Source: Candidatus Latescibacterota bacterium
Lineage (GTDB): Bacteria; Latescibacterota; UBA2968; GCA-2709665
Length of the DNA: 64,000 nt
Direction: 5' to 3'
NCBI GenBank assembly: GCA_965116875.1
Contig: OZ220733.1
Location: 4,256,001 to 4,320,000 of the forward strand
Made by a program: the position numbers and the translations under genes
Shown here: positions 46,569 to 56,327 of the stretch, one piece after another
How positions within the stretch are numbered: the first letter of the stretch is position 1
How the letters are laid out: each line of letters starts with the position of its first letter
The notes under the pieces: model-generated
What the model was told of the DNA's origin: nothing
Seen by the model: the letters and a program-made list of their open reading frames with translations, nothing else
The model's database searches: none

Positions 46569-48344
46569 ATGCACAGGGTGATTTCCTCCCTTATGATCGC
46601 GGCCGTCGGCCTTCTGGCGGCTCCGGCCGCCCGCGCGGAAGAAAGCATACTGCAACGTGCCCTGCGTGACGAACTGTCGCGCTCGATGAAGGAACTCCAG
46701 CTTGAAGCCCTGGATCGACCGTACTATGTTTCATATCTCGTGCGCGAAATAAAGGCCAGGGTAGCCTCGGCGACCTTCGGCAGTCTGCTGGAGAGCAGGG
46801 AGGTCCACTCGCGCACGCTGAACGTAGAAGTGAGGGTGGGAGATTACGCCCTTGACAATACCAACTTTCGCTCGTTCACCTTCGGCGGATCGGGCGTGGT
46901 CCGTATGCGGGGCGGCCGTGTGACATTGCCCGTGGAAGACAGCTATAGTGAGCTCCGGCGCAAGATCTGGCTGGCCACCGACGGCGCATACAAGACGGCG
47001 CTGGAAGATCTGGCCAAGAAGCGCGCCGTGCTGCAGAACAAGACGCGCACCGAGGAGATACCCGATTTCAGCAGAGAGGCGCCGACAACCGAAGTGTTTG
47101 AGGTGGCGCCGATCGTTGTGAATCTCGACACACTCGAACAGCGAGCGCGCCATCTTTCCGCGCTGTTCCGTGACATGCCCGACGTCTACACATCACGGGT
47201 GCGAATGAGCGGCAATAACATCAGATACGAATACGTGAACAGCGAGGGCACTTCGTTTTCGGTAACAACTTCCGGCGTAGCGTTCACTGCGGTTGCCGCC
47301 ACGCAAGCCCTCGACGGCATGCCCCTCGAAGACTTCGTCGCCGCATACGCCCGAACACCCGAAACCCTGCCTGGCGACGGTGAACTTGCTGACAGGATCG
47401 GTGTTATGGGAAAACGCCTGAGTGCATTGCGTCATGCACCGCTCGTCAATCGCTTTACCGGCCCGGTAATTTTCGTCGGCCAGGCGGCGACGGAACTGTT
47501 CAATCAGGGGTTCTTACCCTACCTGCTGTCGAACCGCCGGGCGTTGCACGACAATCCCGATTACGAAGGCTATTATCCACAAAAGAAGGAGAATCCTTTC
47601 CTTGACAAGATCGGCGTGCGTGTGCTGCCCGAATTCCTGAATGTTCGCGCCGTTCCTCATATCGACACCTACAGAAATCAGCCGTTATTGGGCGCGTATC
47701 GTATAGATGATGAAGGGGTGCGTGCGCGCGAGGTCCAGCTTGTACGGTCCGGCGTACTGGAAAACCTGCTGACGACTCGCACTCCCGTTCGCGGCATCCA
47801 CCGCAGTACCGGAAGCCGTCGCGGTCCCGGGGTCGCGCCGGGCAATATTCTGGTTGAGCCTGATAAGGGATTGAGCGAAGAGCAGATCCGAAAAGAATTC
47901 TACAAACTGATAAGAAGACAGAAAAAAGAATACGGATACATCGTCACACGCATGTCTAATCCGTCGTACAGTGCGTCCGAAGCGCCGGTCGTTGTAACAT
48001 TCGGCGGCTCGGAAAATGGGGGAGCCGGGCTGCAAAACCCGATCGTCATTTACAGGGTCTATCTCGACGGGCGGAGGGAACTGGTTCGAAATGCGGAATT
48101 GGGTGGTACGGGCGCCTATACCTTCAAGGACATCTTCAGGGTATCCAGGACACATGAAGTCAATACGGTAACCTTTCGGTCGGAGGATAATTCCTCGCCG
48201 TTTTCCGGGAGTGGCCGCGGACGTCTGGTTCTTGTAAGTATCGTCACCCCCCGAATGGTCCTGTTCGAGGACATCACGCTGAAGCCGCCCACCGGCGAGA
48301 TTCCCAGGGCGCCGGTTTCCCCGCATCCCTATTTCGGCGGGTGA
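46569..48344 (+). CDS. TldE/PmbA-like partner with signal peptide (no HExxH)
   Basis: Paralogous to the upstream gene (RVGDYALDNT, VNSEGT, IDDEG, GRRELVR); ARA signal peptidase site. Confidence 0.85.
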   Translation: MHRVISSLMIAAVGLLAAPAARAEESILQRALRDELSRSMKELQLEALDRPYYVSYLVREIKARVASATFGSLLESREVHSRTLNVEVRVGDYALDNTNFRSFTFGGSGVVRMRGGRVTLPVEDSYSELRRKIWLATDGAYKTALEDLAKKRAVLQNKTRTEEIPDFSREAPTTEVFEVAPIVVNLDTLEQRARHLSALFRDMPDVYTSRVRMSGNNIRYEYVNSEGTSFSVTTSGVAFTAVAATQALDGMPLEDFVAAYARTPETLPGDGELADRIGVMGKRLSALRHAPLVNRFTGPVIFVGQAATELFNQGFLPYLLSNRRALHDNPDYEGYYPQKKENPFLDKIGVRVLPEFLNVRAVPHIDTYRNQPLLGAYRIDDEGVRAREVQLVRSGVLENLLTTRTPVRGIHRSTGSRRGPGVAPGNILVEPDKGLSEEQIRKEFYKLIRRQKKEYGYIVTRMSNPSYSASEAPVVVTFGGSENGGAGLQNPIVIYRVYLDGRRELVRNAELGGTGAYTFKDIFRVSRTHEVNTVTFRSEDNSSPFSGSGRGRLVLVSIVTPRMVLFEDITLKPPTGEIPRAPVSPHPYFGG

Positions 48345-48386
48345 GCCCAGGGCGCTCCGCGACGGGCGCCAAACTCCGGTTTCGGT

Positions 48387-49391
48387 TCATACGCCGGTGA
48401 ACGCTTTGGCCTTGTCCTCATTTCCTGACGGCCGCCTCGTGCGCTTGCCGCGCAACTCGCCCCACAGCGCGATCGCGATCCCCGTGAGGATGATGCCGCC
48501 GCCGATGAGTTGCGCGGGCATGGGGACCTCGCCCAGGATGAGCCCCGCGAAGAGTACGCCGGCAACCGGCGAGAAGGAGGAAGCGGTGGCGATGTCGGCG
48601 GGGCGCACGCGTTTGATGCCGGCAAACCACGCCAACTGCCCGCAGGCCACCACAACGCCCCCGTAAAGGCCCATCCAGCCCCACAGCACCGGTGTGAAGA
48701 CGTCGGCGAAGTGCTCGACTCCGAACAAATAGAGTCCAATGCCCAGGAAGAGGAATGCACCCAACAGGTTTCTGTAGACGCTGAAAATACCCAGAGGGAT
48801 CGTCTGCAGCTGCTTTCGGCCGATTTCCGCGCCGCACACCAGAAGTACGGTCGCGGCCGCAGCGAAGACCTCACCGCTGCCCACGCCGCCCCGCATTCGC
48901 GCCGCCGCCATGCTTTCCGGGGACGCGTCCGTCTGGAGCACAAGCGTTGCCGCGACGCCGCCGACCGCGCACAACGCGCCGAATACTGCCGCTCCGCTCG
49001 ATTTCTCACGATAAAACATCCAGGCCAGCAACAGGACGAGCGGGATTTCGATCGTCTCGATCAGGACGATGTTGGTGACCGAAGTGCGCGAAATGGCCGT
49101 AAACATCATGGCAGGCGCGACCGCGCCCGACGTTAGCGCCAGTACGGTCTGGACCATCCACTGGCGGCGCGACAGCCTTCGCAGGCGGGACGGGCGCCAT
49201 TCCCGTTGATTGAGGGCGAACAGGGTCAACGCCGCGACAAGGTTTCCGGCAAAGAGGAGGTTGCAGAAGGAGATCGGGTTGCGCCCGTCGATCAGATGCG
49301 ACTGACCGATTTCCACCAGGCGCGCCACCACCGATGCGGCGGCGGCGAAGATCAGAATCGCAATCCACAGGTAGATTCTTCCCCAGGTCAT
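48387..49391 (-). CDS. DMT/EamA family transporter
   Basis: About 10 TM segments in two repeats; ILGEVP..QLIGGGIIL. Confidence 0.85.
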   Translation of the reverse strand: MTWGRIYLWIAILIFAAAASVVARLVEIGQSHLIDGRNPISFCNLLFAGNLVAALTLFALNQREWRPSRLRRLSRRQWMVQTVLALTSGAVAPAMMFTAISRTSVTNIVLIETIEIPLVLLLAWMFYREKSSGAAVFGALCAVGGVAATLVLQTDASPESMAAARMRGGVGSGEVFAAAATVLLVCGAEIGRKQLQTIPLGIFSVYRNLLGAFLFLGIGLYLFGVEHFADVFTPVLWGWMGLYGGVVVACGQLAWFAGIKRVRPADIATASSFSPVAGVLFAGLILGEVPMPAQLIGGGIILTGIAIALWGELRGKRTRRPSGNEDKAKAFTGV

Positions 49392-49609
49392 CGGTCCTCC
49401 TTCGCGGCGGGTACCCTTATCCCGTATCGCGCGCGATCACGTTCGCATCGCGTATGAGCTGTACGCGCATATTCCATTTTGATCTCCCGCTTGACGCGGG
49501 TGAATCCGGGCGCTTTATTGTACCCAATACCGCGTAACCACGCAATTGCGCAATTCCACCTCCGGACAACCGAAGCCACGTGTCGATCTGTATCTCGAAA
49601 AGGAGAAAG

Positions 49610-49993
49610 ATGAACGGGACACCCTCCGCGGAACTGACAGGCATGAGCCCGCAATTCCTGGTGGCCGATCTGGACCGGTCGATCGGATTCTATACCGAAC
49701 GACTCGGGTTCGACCTGGACTTCCGGTACGAGCATTTCTACGCGGGAATCGTGCGGGACGGTCACTCCATCCATCTCAAGCTCGCCGACGCGCCGTGCGA
49801 CGAGAGGGAATTCCGCCGGAAGAACGAGCACCTGGACGTCACGTTTACGGTGGACGATATCCAAACCGCGTACGCGGACGCGCATAGCAAGTCCGCACCG
49901 GTCATTCAGCCGCTCCGGGAGATGCCCTACGGCCACGAATTCTACGTCTCGGATCCCGACGGGTATATTCTCGCCTTTGTCCAAACGAAATAG
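49610..49993 (+). CDS. VOC/bleomycin-resistance family protein
   Basis: VADLDRSIGFYTERLGF, MPYG..F.VSDPDG; AAGGAG SD. Confidence 0.88.
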   Translation: MNGTPSAELTGMSPQFLVADLDRSIGFYTERLGFDLDFRYEHFYAGIVRDGHSIHLKLADAPCDEREFRRKNEHLDVTFTVDDIQTAYADAHSKSAPVIQPLREMPYGHEFYVSDPDGYILAFVQTK

Positions 49994-50053
49994 CGCAGGC
50001 CGTGAAGATGGCGTAACGGAACAAGGAAGGGCTTCGGACGGTTGACGTCGAAC

Positions 50054-50098
50054 TTGACATCGTCACCGAATGTTTGTATACGTATAATACACGTATAC
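50054..50098 (+). promoter_or_regulatory. TA promoter/operator
   Basis: TTGACA at 50054, TATAAT at 50083 (non-canonical spacing), inverted repeat GTATACGT-7 nt-ACGTATAC over the -10 region. Confidence 0.55.
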
Positions 50099-50133
50099 TT
50101 GTTTGCCGTACCGTCAGAAACGGGGAAATACAT

Positions 50134-50364
50134 ATGCGCAAAAAACTGACCATCACCATTGATGAAGAAGTGTATGAAGGCCTGCATCAGAACATCGGCC
50201 GACGCCGCATCAGCCGCTTCGTAGAATCGCTGGTCCGCCCGCACGTGCTTCAACCGGACCTGGAGCAGGCATACGCGGAGATGGCGATGGACGACGAGCG
50301 GGAAGCCGAGGCCGCGGAATGGGCGGAAGAGACCGTGGGGGACACATCCGATGCGCCGGGGTGA
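50134..50364 (+). CDS. Type II antitoxin (RHH-like N-terminus)
   Basis: MRKKLTITIDEEVY, acidic C-terminus, overlaps the toxin start. Confidence 0.82.
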   Translation: MRKKLTITIDEEVYEGLHQNIGRRRISRFVESLVRPHVLQPDLEQAYAEMAMDDEREAEAAEWAEETVGDTSDAPG

Positions 50365-50671
50365 AGTATGGTGGGTGAATTTCAACCCGTCGGCCGGCGG
50401 TGAAGTACGCAAGAGGCGCCCCGCGATCATCGTGAGTAACGACGCATCCAACAGGCATTTGAATCGTGTTCAGGCTGTGCCGTTAACGAGTAATCTCGAT
50501 CGCCTCTATCCCAGTGAAGCCTATGTATCTGTACGTGCAGAAAGACGCAAGGCGATGGCCGATCAGTTGACAACGGTAAGCAAACACCGATTGAGCACGC
50601 TTCACGGGCGTATCTCCGACTCGGATATGGAAAACGTGGAGCGTGCCATAAGGATTCAGTTGGGCCTGTAA
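50351..50671 (+). CDS. mazF: PemK/MazF family endoribonuclease toxin
   Basis: RGEVWWVNFNP, KRRPAIIVSN, VPLTS, ADQLTTVSK. Confidence 0.92.
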   Translation: MRRGEVWWVNFNPSAGGEVRKRRPAIIVSNDASNRHLNRVQAVPLTSNLDRLYPSEAYVSVRAERRKAMADQLTTVSKHRLSTLHGRISDSDMENVERAIRIQLGL

Positions 50672-50715
50672 CGTCCGCAATCCGATGAAACCTTCAAAGG
50701 GGGAAGTCTGATAAG

Positions 50716-51942
50716 ATGGCGACCATCAATTCCAACTACAACAAACTCTCTGCCGGCTATCTGTTCCCGGAAATCGCGAGGCGGACCGGGGCATATCTGG
50801 ACGAACATCCCGGCGTCGAGGTGATGCGCCTCGGCATCGGAAACACCACCGAGCCGCTGCCTCCAAGCGTGATTTCCGGGTTGCATCAGGCCGTCGACAG
50901 ACTCGCGGCCGTCGAAACCTATACCGGATACGCGGACGGGAGCGAAGGCGAACTGCCTCTCAGAGAGGCGATCGCCGGTCGATACGCGGCGCGCGGCGTC
51001 GCTCTGGACCCGGACGAGATTTTCGTGAGCGACGGTGGGAAGCCCGATTCCGCGAATATTCAGTCCATTTTCGGCCTGGACAACGTGGTGGCGGTGCAGG
51101 ATCCGGCCTATCCCGTCTACGTGGACAGCAACGTGATCGCCGGACGGACGGGGAAGGCGGAGGCGGGTCAGTACGAGGGCATCGTATACATGCCCTGTAC
51201 CGAGGAGAACGGCTTCTTTCCCGAATTGCCGGCGGACAAGGTGGACCTGATCTACATCTGCAGCCCGAACAATCCCATCGGATCCGTTACAACCGCGAGC
51301 CAGCTTCAGACGTTTGTGGATTATGCCCGGGAACACCGGGCGGTGATCATCTTTGACGCGGCGTACTGCGCCTATATTTCGGATCCTGAGGTGCCCCACA
51401 GCATCTTTGAGGTCAACGGCGCGAGTTCCTGCGCGATCGAGATCAACAGCTTTTCCAAGGACACCGGCTTCACGGGCGTGCGGCTGGGCTGGACGGTTGT
51501 CCCGCGGGAACTCGCCGTGGAAGACTCCGGGCCCGGCGTTGTGCAGGGGCTCTGGCGCAGACGGCAGAATACGATGTTCAACGGCGCCTCCAATATTGTG
51601 CAGGGCGGCGGGCTGGCGGCGTTTACGGAGTCGGGAAAGGCGGAGTGCGCCGCGATGGTCGCCTACTATATGGCCAACGCCGCACGCATCCGTTCGGGGC
51701 TGGAAGGGATGGGACTGACGGTCTACGGCGGGGTCCACGCGCCGTATCTCTGGATGAAGACGCCCGGAGGCATGGGTTCGTGGGAGTTCTTCGACAAGTT
51801 GCTCTCCGAAGCGCACGTCGTCGGGACGCCGGGGGCGGGATTCGGCCCCAGCGGCGAGGGTTTCTTCAGATTGAGCGCATTCGGACACCGTGAGGACATC
51901 GAGTCGGCCGTAGAGAGCATTGAGAGAAACCTGAGGCTGTAG
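50716..51942 (+). CDS. dapL: LL-diaminopimelate aminotransferase
   Basis: GYLFPEI, LGIG, VSDG, DPAYPVYVDSNV, SPNNP, SFSKDTGFTGVR, GEGFFRLSAF. Confidence 0.93.
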   Translation: MATINSNYNKLSAGYLFPEIARRTGAYLDEHPGVEVMRLGIGNTTEPLPPSVISGLHQAVDRLAAVETYTGYADGSEGELPLREAIAGRYAARGVALDPDEIFVSDGGKPDSANIQSIFGLDNVVAVQDPAYPVYVDSNVIAGRTGKAEAGQYEGIVYMPCTEENGFFPELPADKVDLIYICSPNNPIGSVTTASQLQTFVDYAREHRAVIIFDAAYCAYISDPEVPHSIFEVNGASSCAIEINSFSKDTGFTGVRLGWTVVPRELAVEDSGPGVVQGLWRRRQNTMFNGASNIVQGGGLAAFTESGKAECAAMVAYYMANAARIRSGLEGMGLTVYGGVHAPYLWMKTPGGMGSWEFFDKLLSEAHVVGTPGAGFGPSGEGFFRLSAFGHREDIESAVESIERNLRL

Positions 51943-51998
51943 CCCGTTTCGATTTGAGAGACACAAACAATCGCCATTTTTCGCGCACTCTTCCGCAC

Positions 51999-52012
51999 GG
52001 CAAACGCCTTGC
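51999..52012 (+). promoter_or_regulatory. Possible sigma54 -24/-12 promoter
   Basis: GGCAAACGCCTTGC (GG-N10-GC) upstream of the NHL gene; could be chance. Confidence 0.25.
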
Positions 52013-52057
52013 GCGTGGAGCGCCAAACGCTGGCTGAATCGGTCACGCGCCGGAAGG

Positions 52058-53020
52058 ATGGAAATGAGACTGCGGGCCCTTGTTTTCTGGACATCAATGG
52101 TTGCGGCCGCACCGGGTGTCTCGGAGGAGAAGAAGACGCCGCCCAAACTCACGGTTGCCTTCCGCTTCAGCTCGGTTATCGGCCAGAAGGGCGGAGGGGC
52201 CGGGCACTTTCACGAACCGTCCGCAATCGCCCTCGACACGTTCGGCAATCTCTACGTGGCCGATACGGGCAACGACCGCATCCAGAAGTTCAATGCGGAC
52301 GGATCGTATATCTCCGAGGTGGGCACCTTCGGCTGGGACCCCGGCCAATTCAGCCAGCCGACGGGGGTGGCGGTGGGTCAGGGCGGGCTCGAGATATGTG
52401 TCGCGGACGGTAGAAACAACCGCATCCAGATCTTCAGCCCTCACTTCCGCCTGCTGGGTGTGGTCGGAGGGCGGGACGTCGACGGTCCGATTCGGATGGG
52501 GACGCTCGGCGGGATCGCGGTATCCGAAGACGGCGAGCTTTATGTATCGGATACCGATGCGGACCAGGTGGTACAGATCAGCGATTACAGCCCTGTGGAG
52601 AACCAGTTCGGGGGATATGAGTACGGCGCCGACCGGCTGCGGCGTCCTCTGGGACTCGCCGTCGGGCGGAAGAACGAAATCTACGTCTGTGACAGCGAGA
52701 ACGATCGCATTGCTGTTTTTGACAGGTACGGGAACTTCAGGAAAAGCCTGGCGGAAGAGTCCCTCTCGGAACCCGCCGGTGTGTGCACAGGACCTGAGGA
52801 CGTACTGTTTGTGGCGGATACCGGACATCATCGGATCGTGGTACTGGATCTTCGGACGGGGGAGGTGGCATCGCTGATCGGCGGGCCCGATGCCGGACGT
52901 CGGCCTGGCGCGTTCAGCGCGCCTGCAGACGTGGACTTCGGCGCCGGGAAGTTCCTCTTTGTTCTGGACGGCGGCAATCATCGTATCCAGAAGTTCGAAA
53001 TGCTGATCAGCAGAAGGTAG
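52058..53020 (+). CDS. NHL-repeat beta-propeller protein
   Basis: Repeated F..P..IA.D..G.LYVADTGNDRIQKF units. Confidence 0.9.
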   Translation: MEMRLRALVFWTSMVAAAPGVSEEKKTPPKLTVAFRFSSVIGQKGGGAGHFHEPSAIALDTFGNLYVADTGNDRIQKFNADGSYISEVGTFGWDPGQFSQPTGVAVGQGGLEICVADGRNNRIQIFSPHFRLLGVVGGRDVDGPIRMGTLGGIAVSEDGELYVSDTDADQVVQISDYSPVENQFGGYEYGADRLRRPLGLAVGRKNEIYVCDSENDRIAVFDRYGNFRKSLAEESLSEPAGVCTGPEDVLFVADTGHHRIVVLDLRTGEVASLIGGPDAGRRPGAFSAPADVDFGAGKFLFVLDGGNHRIQKFEMLISRR

Positions 53021-53161
53021 GATGTGCAGTCCGAACGTCCCATTCAGGATTCGGGAGTCATCAGGAGGGGCCGTGGTTCTTGAAGACTGGCAGCCCGGAT
53101 GGGTTTTTTCGGCGGGCCGCCGGGGTCGGAACCGGGTTTTTGCGATTCCCGGCCTTTTTTT

Positions 53162-56100
53162 ATGCTCAAGCGCTATCCCATATGGCTGGTCTTCATTGTC
53201 TGCACCGGCCTGTTCACCACGGCAGGCGCGGCGCCGCCGCCTGAACGGTTGACCGTTTTCGACGTGGAACGGACCATTCGGGCGGATGGCGGCCGTGGAC
53301 CCTATCGTATTTCGGACCGGCCCATTCTGACGGACAGCGAACGGGTCCGGGTGGGGGACAGCCTGCTCGTGAGGGACCTGGACTACAACATGGACTATGC
53401 CGAAGGGTTGCTGCTGCTGGCGCGGGAGCGGCCGCGAGGCGTCGAGCTTCTGGTCCGTTTCCGGCAGTTGCCCCGGGTGCTGTCCCGGGTTTACAGGCGT
53501 CGTGAACAAGACGTTCAACGGGCGCCGGTACGGCCGGCCCCGGTCCGGCGCCGTCGGCTTCGCGCGTCCGCGAAAGCGCCGGAAGCGTACGGCGAGGCGC
53601 AGTCACAACTGGACGTGGGGGGCGTCAAACGCATTCAGGTCGCCGTTGGCGGAAACCGCGATCTCGAGCTCAGCCAGGCGCTGCGGGTGCATATTACAGG
53701 ACAGATGGCGGACGGCGTCGAAGTAACCGCGCTGCTGTCCGACCGGAACCTTCCGTTGGGGTTCGAGGGGAGCACCCGTAGTCTGCAGGAGCTGGATCGG
53801 GTGATGTTTCAGGTCCGTTCACGGAAGCTGTCGGCCTCACTCGGGGATCTGGAGGTTGCGTTTGACGGTACCACGTTCGGGAGGTATCGCCGCAGGCTCC
53901 ACGGCGCACGCGTCGCGTATTCGTCTTCCGGGAGAGATCTGAGGATATTCGGGGCAGCAGCTGACGGACGCTGGATCAGCCACCGCCTACTTCCCGTCGA
54001 AGGATATCAGGGCCCGTACCGGTTGCCCGGTGACGCCGGGGCGGCGGGCGGACGGATCGCTGCGGGTTCGGAACGGGTGTGGCAGGACGGACGCCTTTTG
54101 CGGCGCGGCGAAAGCCAGGATTACGTCGTGGATTATGAAATGTCCACCATCACGTTTACCCCGGTCACGCCGGTAACCGGACAGAGCCGCATTACCGTGG
54201 AATATCAGTTCGAGGCGCCCGGTTCCCGCCGGCGTCTGATGGGCGCGCGCGGTACGCTCGCGCTTTCCAATGACCGTCTGAAGCTGGGGGGCACGTACAT
54301 ACGGGAGGCCGACCGAAACGGCCCGGTTCCGGGTGTCGGCATTTCCGCGCCTCCGCTTCAGCCGGTTCGACAACAGCTGGCTGTGATGGACGCGGCGTAT
54401 GAACCGGTTGGGGGCGTGCGGTTCGACGGCGAACTGGCGCTGAGCCAGGCGCCCGCACAGGTGGACGGGCATCAGCAGCAGCGGGGCCGCGCTTTCAGGC
54501 TGGGACTGGACCTGTGGCCGGAGGCGCTGCGTCTGGGCGGAACCGGCATCGGGCGGTTTCGACTGACCGGCGCATTCAGACAGATCGGCGCGCAGTTCCG
54601 CGGGATCGAGAAGCCCGTGAGGGTAACGCGCGAGGGGCGGTGGGGCTGGGGGGCAGACGGTCCGCAGGCCGGAGACCGGATGGGCGAAGTCGCATTGCAG
54701 TACGCCCTGAGGCCCGGGATCCGGTTCGACGCCGGGTACGGCAGGCGCCACGGAGACGTGAACGCCGTCCGGCGCGACGTGGGGCTTCAGATTTCCAACG
54801 CGCGCGGGCCACAGGTGTTCTATCGATTCGACGAGGTGTCTCACGGGTCAGGGATGTTTTCCCGTCACCGGGGCCGCATCCGTGCGCCTGTGGGAGGGAT
54901 TACGCCGGGGTTTCGTTTCGAGTCGGAAACCGCGACGGGGTCGTCGGTTGCTCATTCAACGCTGTTCTATGCCACGGCGCCCGATTCCGCGCGTCGCGGG
55001 ATACGCATCCTGTCGGGGGCGATGGACCTCTCCACGCGCGTGATGGACGCGCTGGCATGGACTTCGGAGATTTCAATCCGCAGAATACACGTCGGGGAGC
55101 GCGCGTGGCAGGACAGCCTGCGGGCCTGGACGACGACACACCGCGCCTCGATGTCCGGCTGGCGCGGGCTGTCGTTTTCCGGGGAGTACAGCAGGAGCAG
55201 AGCGAATTCGCCGCTGCATCCGGAAAAAGGGCGAATTACGGACCTTGCCCGCATCAGGTGGGGGTACGACGTTCTGAACGGCGCCGTTTCACACAGATTC
55301 TCCTATCGGATTTCCAGTACCGGGGCGCCGGACGGTGAGCCGGTGTTTGTCGACGTCGGACGCGGTCGTGGCACGCATGAATGGGAGGACGCGGACGGCG
55401 ACGGGCTCCGGGATCCGGAGGAATTCGTGGCCGACACGGATGGCGAGTACGTGCGGTTCTTCAGTCCGTCCGCTGGGTTCCGTCCCGTGCGCGACGCGGC
55501 TCTTGCGGCCAGGACGGAACTGGTGTTGAAGCGGCTGTTGAAATCTCCCGCGGGCCGGTGGCTGCGACTTCTCTCAGGCCTGTCGCTCGACCTATCGCTG
55601 GAAGCCGACCGTCAGGCGCCGCCGGGCAGTGCCGGCGTGGCGCCCTGGAACCTGTACGGTTTCGGCTACGGGGAGGGGATGTTGAACGGCAGGCGCGAAC
55701 TGAGGTCGCGGCTCTACCTGTTCCGATACGGCCGTCCCGCCACGCTGCGTCTATCCGCCCGCCGGGGTTCCCGCGCGGACCGGGACTTCACCGGCGGCGC
55801 GCTGGAGACGAATTCGCAGGCGTCCGCGATGGGACGCTTCGCGCTTGGCAGGACGTCTTCCCTGGAGCTGGAACTGCACGGCGAGACGCGCGACCGGCCC
55901 GGTGACGGGCCTTTTTTCTACCGGATCCGATCTCGCCGGATTTCAGTGAACGGGTACCGGCACCCGCCCAGGTCGTGGCAGACCCGCGTGGAACTGTCTG
56001 TCGGCAGGGACCGGGAGGAGAACCGGGCGCTGGTGGCCCGCTTTGTGTCCGTCCGCCCGGGATTCCGCCGCGCCCTTCCCGGCCGGGGTCGGCTGAGGGT

Positions 56101-56317
56101 ATCATGTGACTGGACCCGTGTTCTCGGTTCGGGACCCATGCCGTTGTTTCTGAGAATGGCCGACGGAAACCGGGTGGGAAACAACGTGGGCTGGCGTCTG
56201 GGCGTGGACTATCGGCTGGGTCGGTATCTGACGGCCACGGCCCTGTACGACGGACGCAGGCGTCCCGGAAGATCCCTCCTGCATCTCGGGCGCATGGAAA
56301 TGCGGGCTCTTTTCTGA
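53162..56317 (+). CDS. Large outer-membrane beta-barrel-like protein with SprA-like domains
   Basis: Signal peptide, two SERV..L.R..DY..DY modules, amphipathic beta strands, DADGDG calcium motif, C-terminal Phe. Confidence 0.7.
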   Translation: MLKRYPIWLVFIVCTGLFTTAGAAPPPERLTVFDVERTIRADGGRGPYRISDRPILTDSERVRVGDSLLVRDLDYNMDYAEGLLLLARERPRGVELLVRFRQLPRVLSRVYRRREQDVQRAPVRPAPVRRRRLRASAKAPEAYGEAQSQLDVGGVKRIQVAVGGNRDLELSQALRVHITGQMADGVEVTALLSDRNLPLGFEGSTRSLQELDRVMFQVRSRKLSASLGDLEVAFDGTTFGRYRRRLHGARVAYSSSGRDLRIFGAAADGRWISHRLLPVEGYQGPYRLPGDAGAAGGRIAAGSERVWQDGRLLRRGESQDYVVDYEMSTITFTPVTPVTGQSRITVEYQFEAPGSRRRLMGARGTLALSNDRLKLGGTYIREADRNGPVPGVGISAPPLQPVRQQLAVMDAAYEPVGGVRFDGELALSQAPAQVDGHQQQRGRAFRLGLDLWPEALRLGGTGIGRFRLTGAFRQIGAQFRGIEKPVRVTREGRWGWGADGPQAGDRMGEVALQYALRPGIRFDAGYGRRHGDVNAVRRDVGLQISNARGPQVFYRFDEVSHGSGMFSRHRGRIRAPVGGITPGFRFESETATGSSVAHSTLFYATAPDSARRGIRILSGAMDLSTRVMDALAWTSEISIRRIHVGERAWQDSLRAWTTTHRASMSGWRGLSFSGEYSRSRANSPLHPEKGRITDLARIRWGYDVLNGAVSHRFSYRISSTGAPDGEPVFVDVGRGRGTHEWEDADGDGLRDPEEFVADTDGEYVRFFSPSAGFRPVRDAALAARTELVLKRLLKSPAGRWLRLLSGLSLDLSLEADRQAPPGSAGVAPWNLYGFGYGEGMLNGRRELRSRLYLFRYGRPATLRLSARRGSRADRDFTGGALETNSQASAMGRFALGRTSSLELELHGETRDRPGDGPFFYRIRSRRISVNGYRHPPRSWQTRVELSVGRDREENRALVARFVSVRPGFRRALPGRGRLRVSCDWTRVLGSGPMPLFLRMADGNRVGNNVGWRLGVDYRLGRYLTATALYDGRRRPGRSLLHLGRMEMRALF

Positions 56318-56327
56318 AAGGCGCGTT

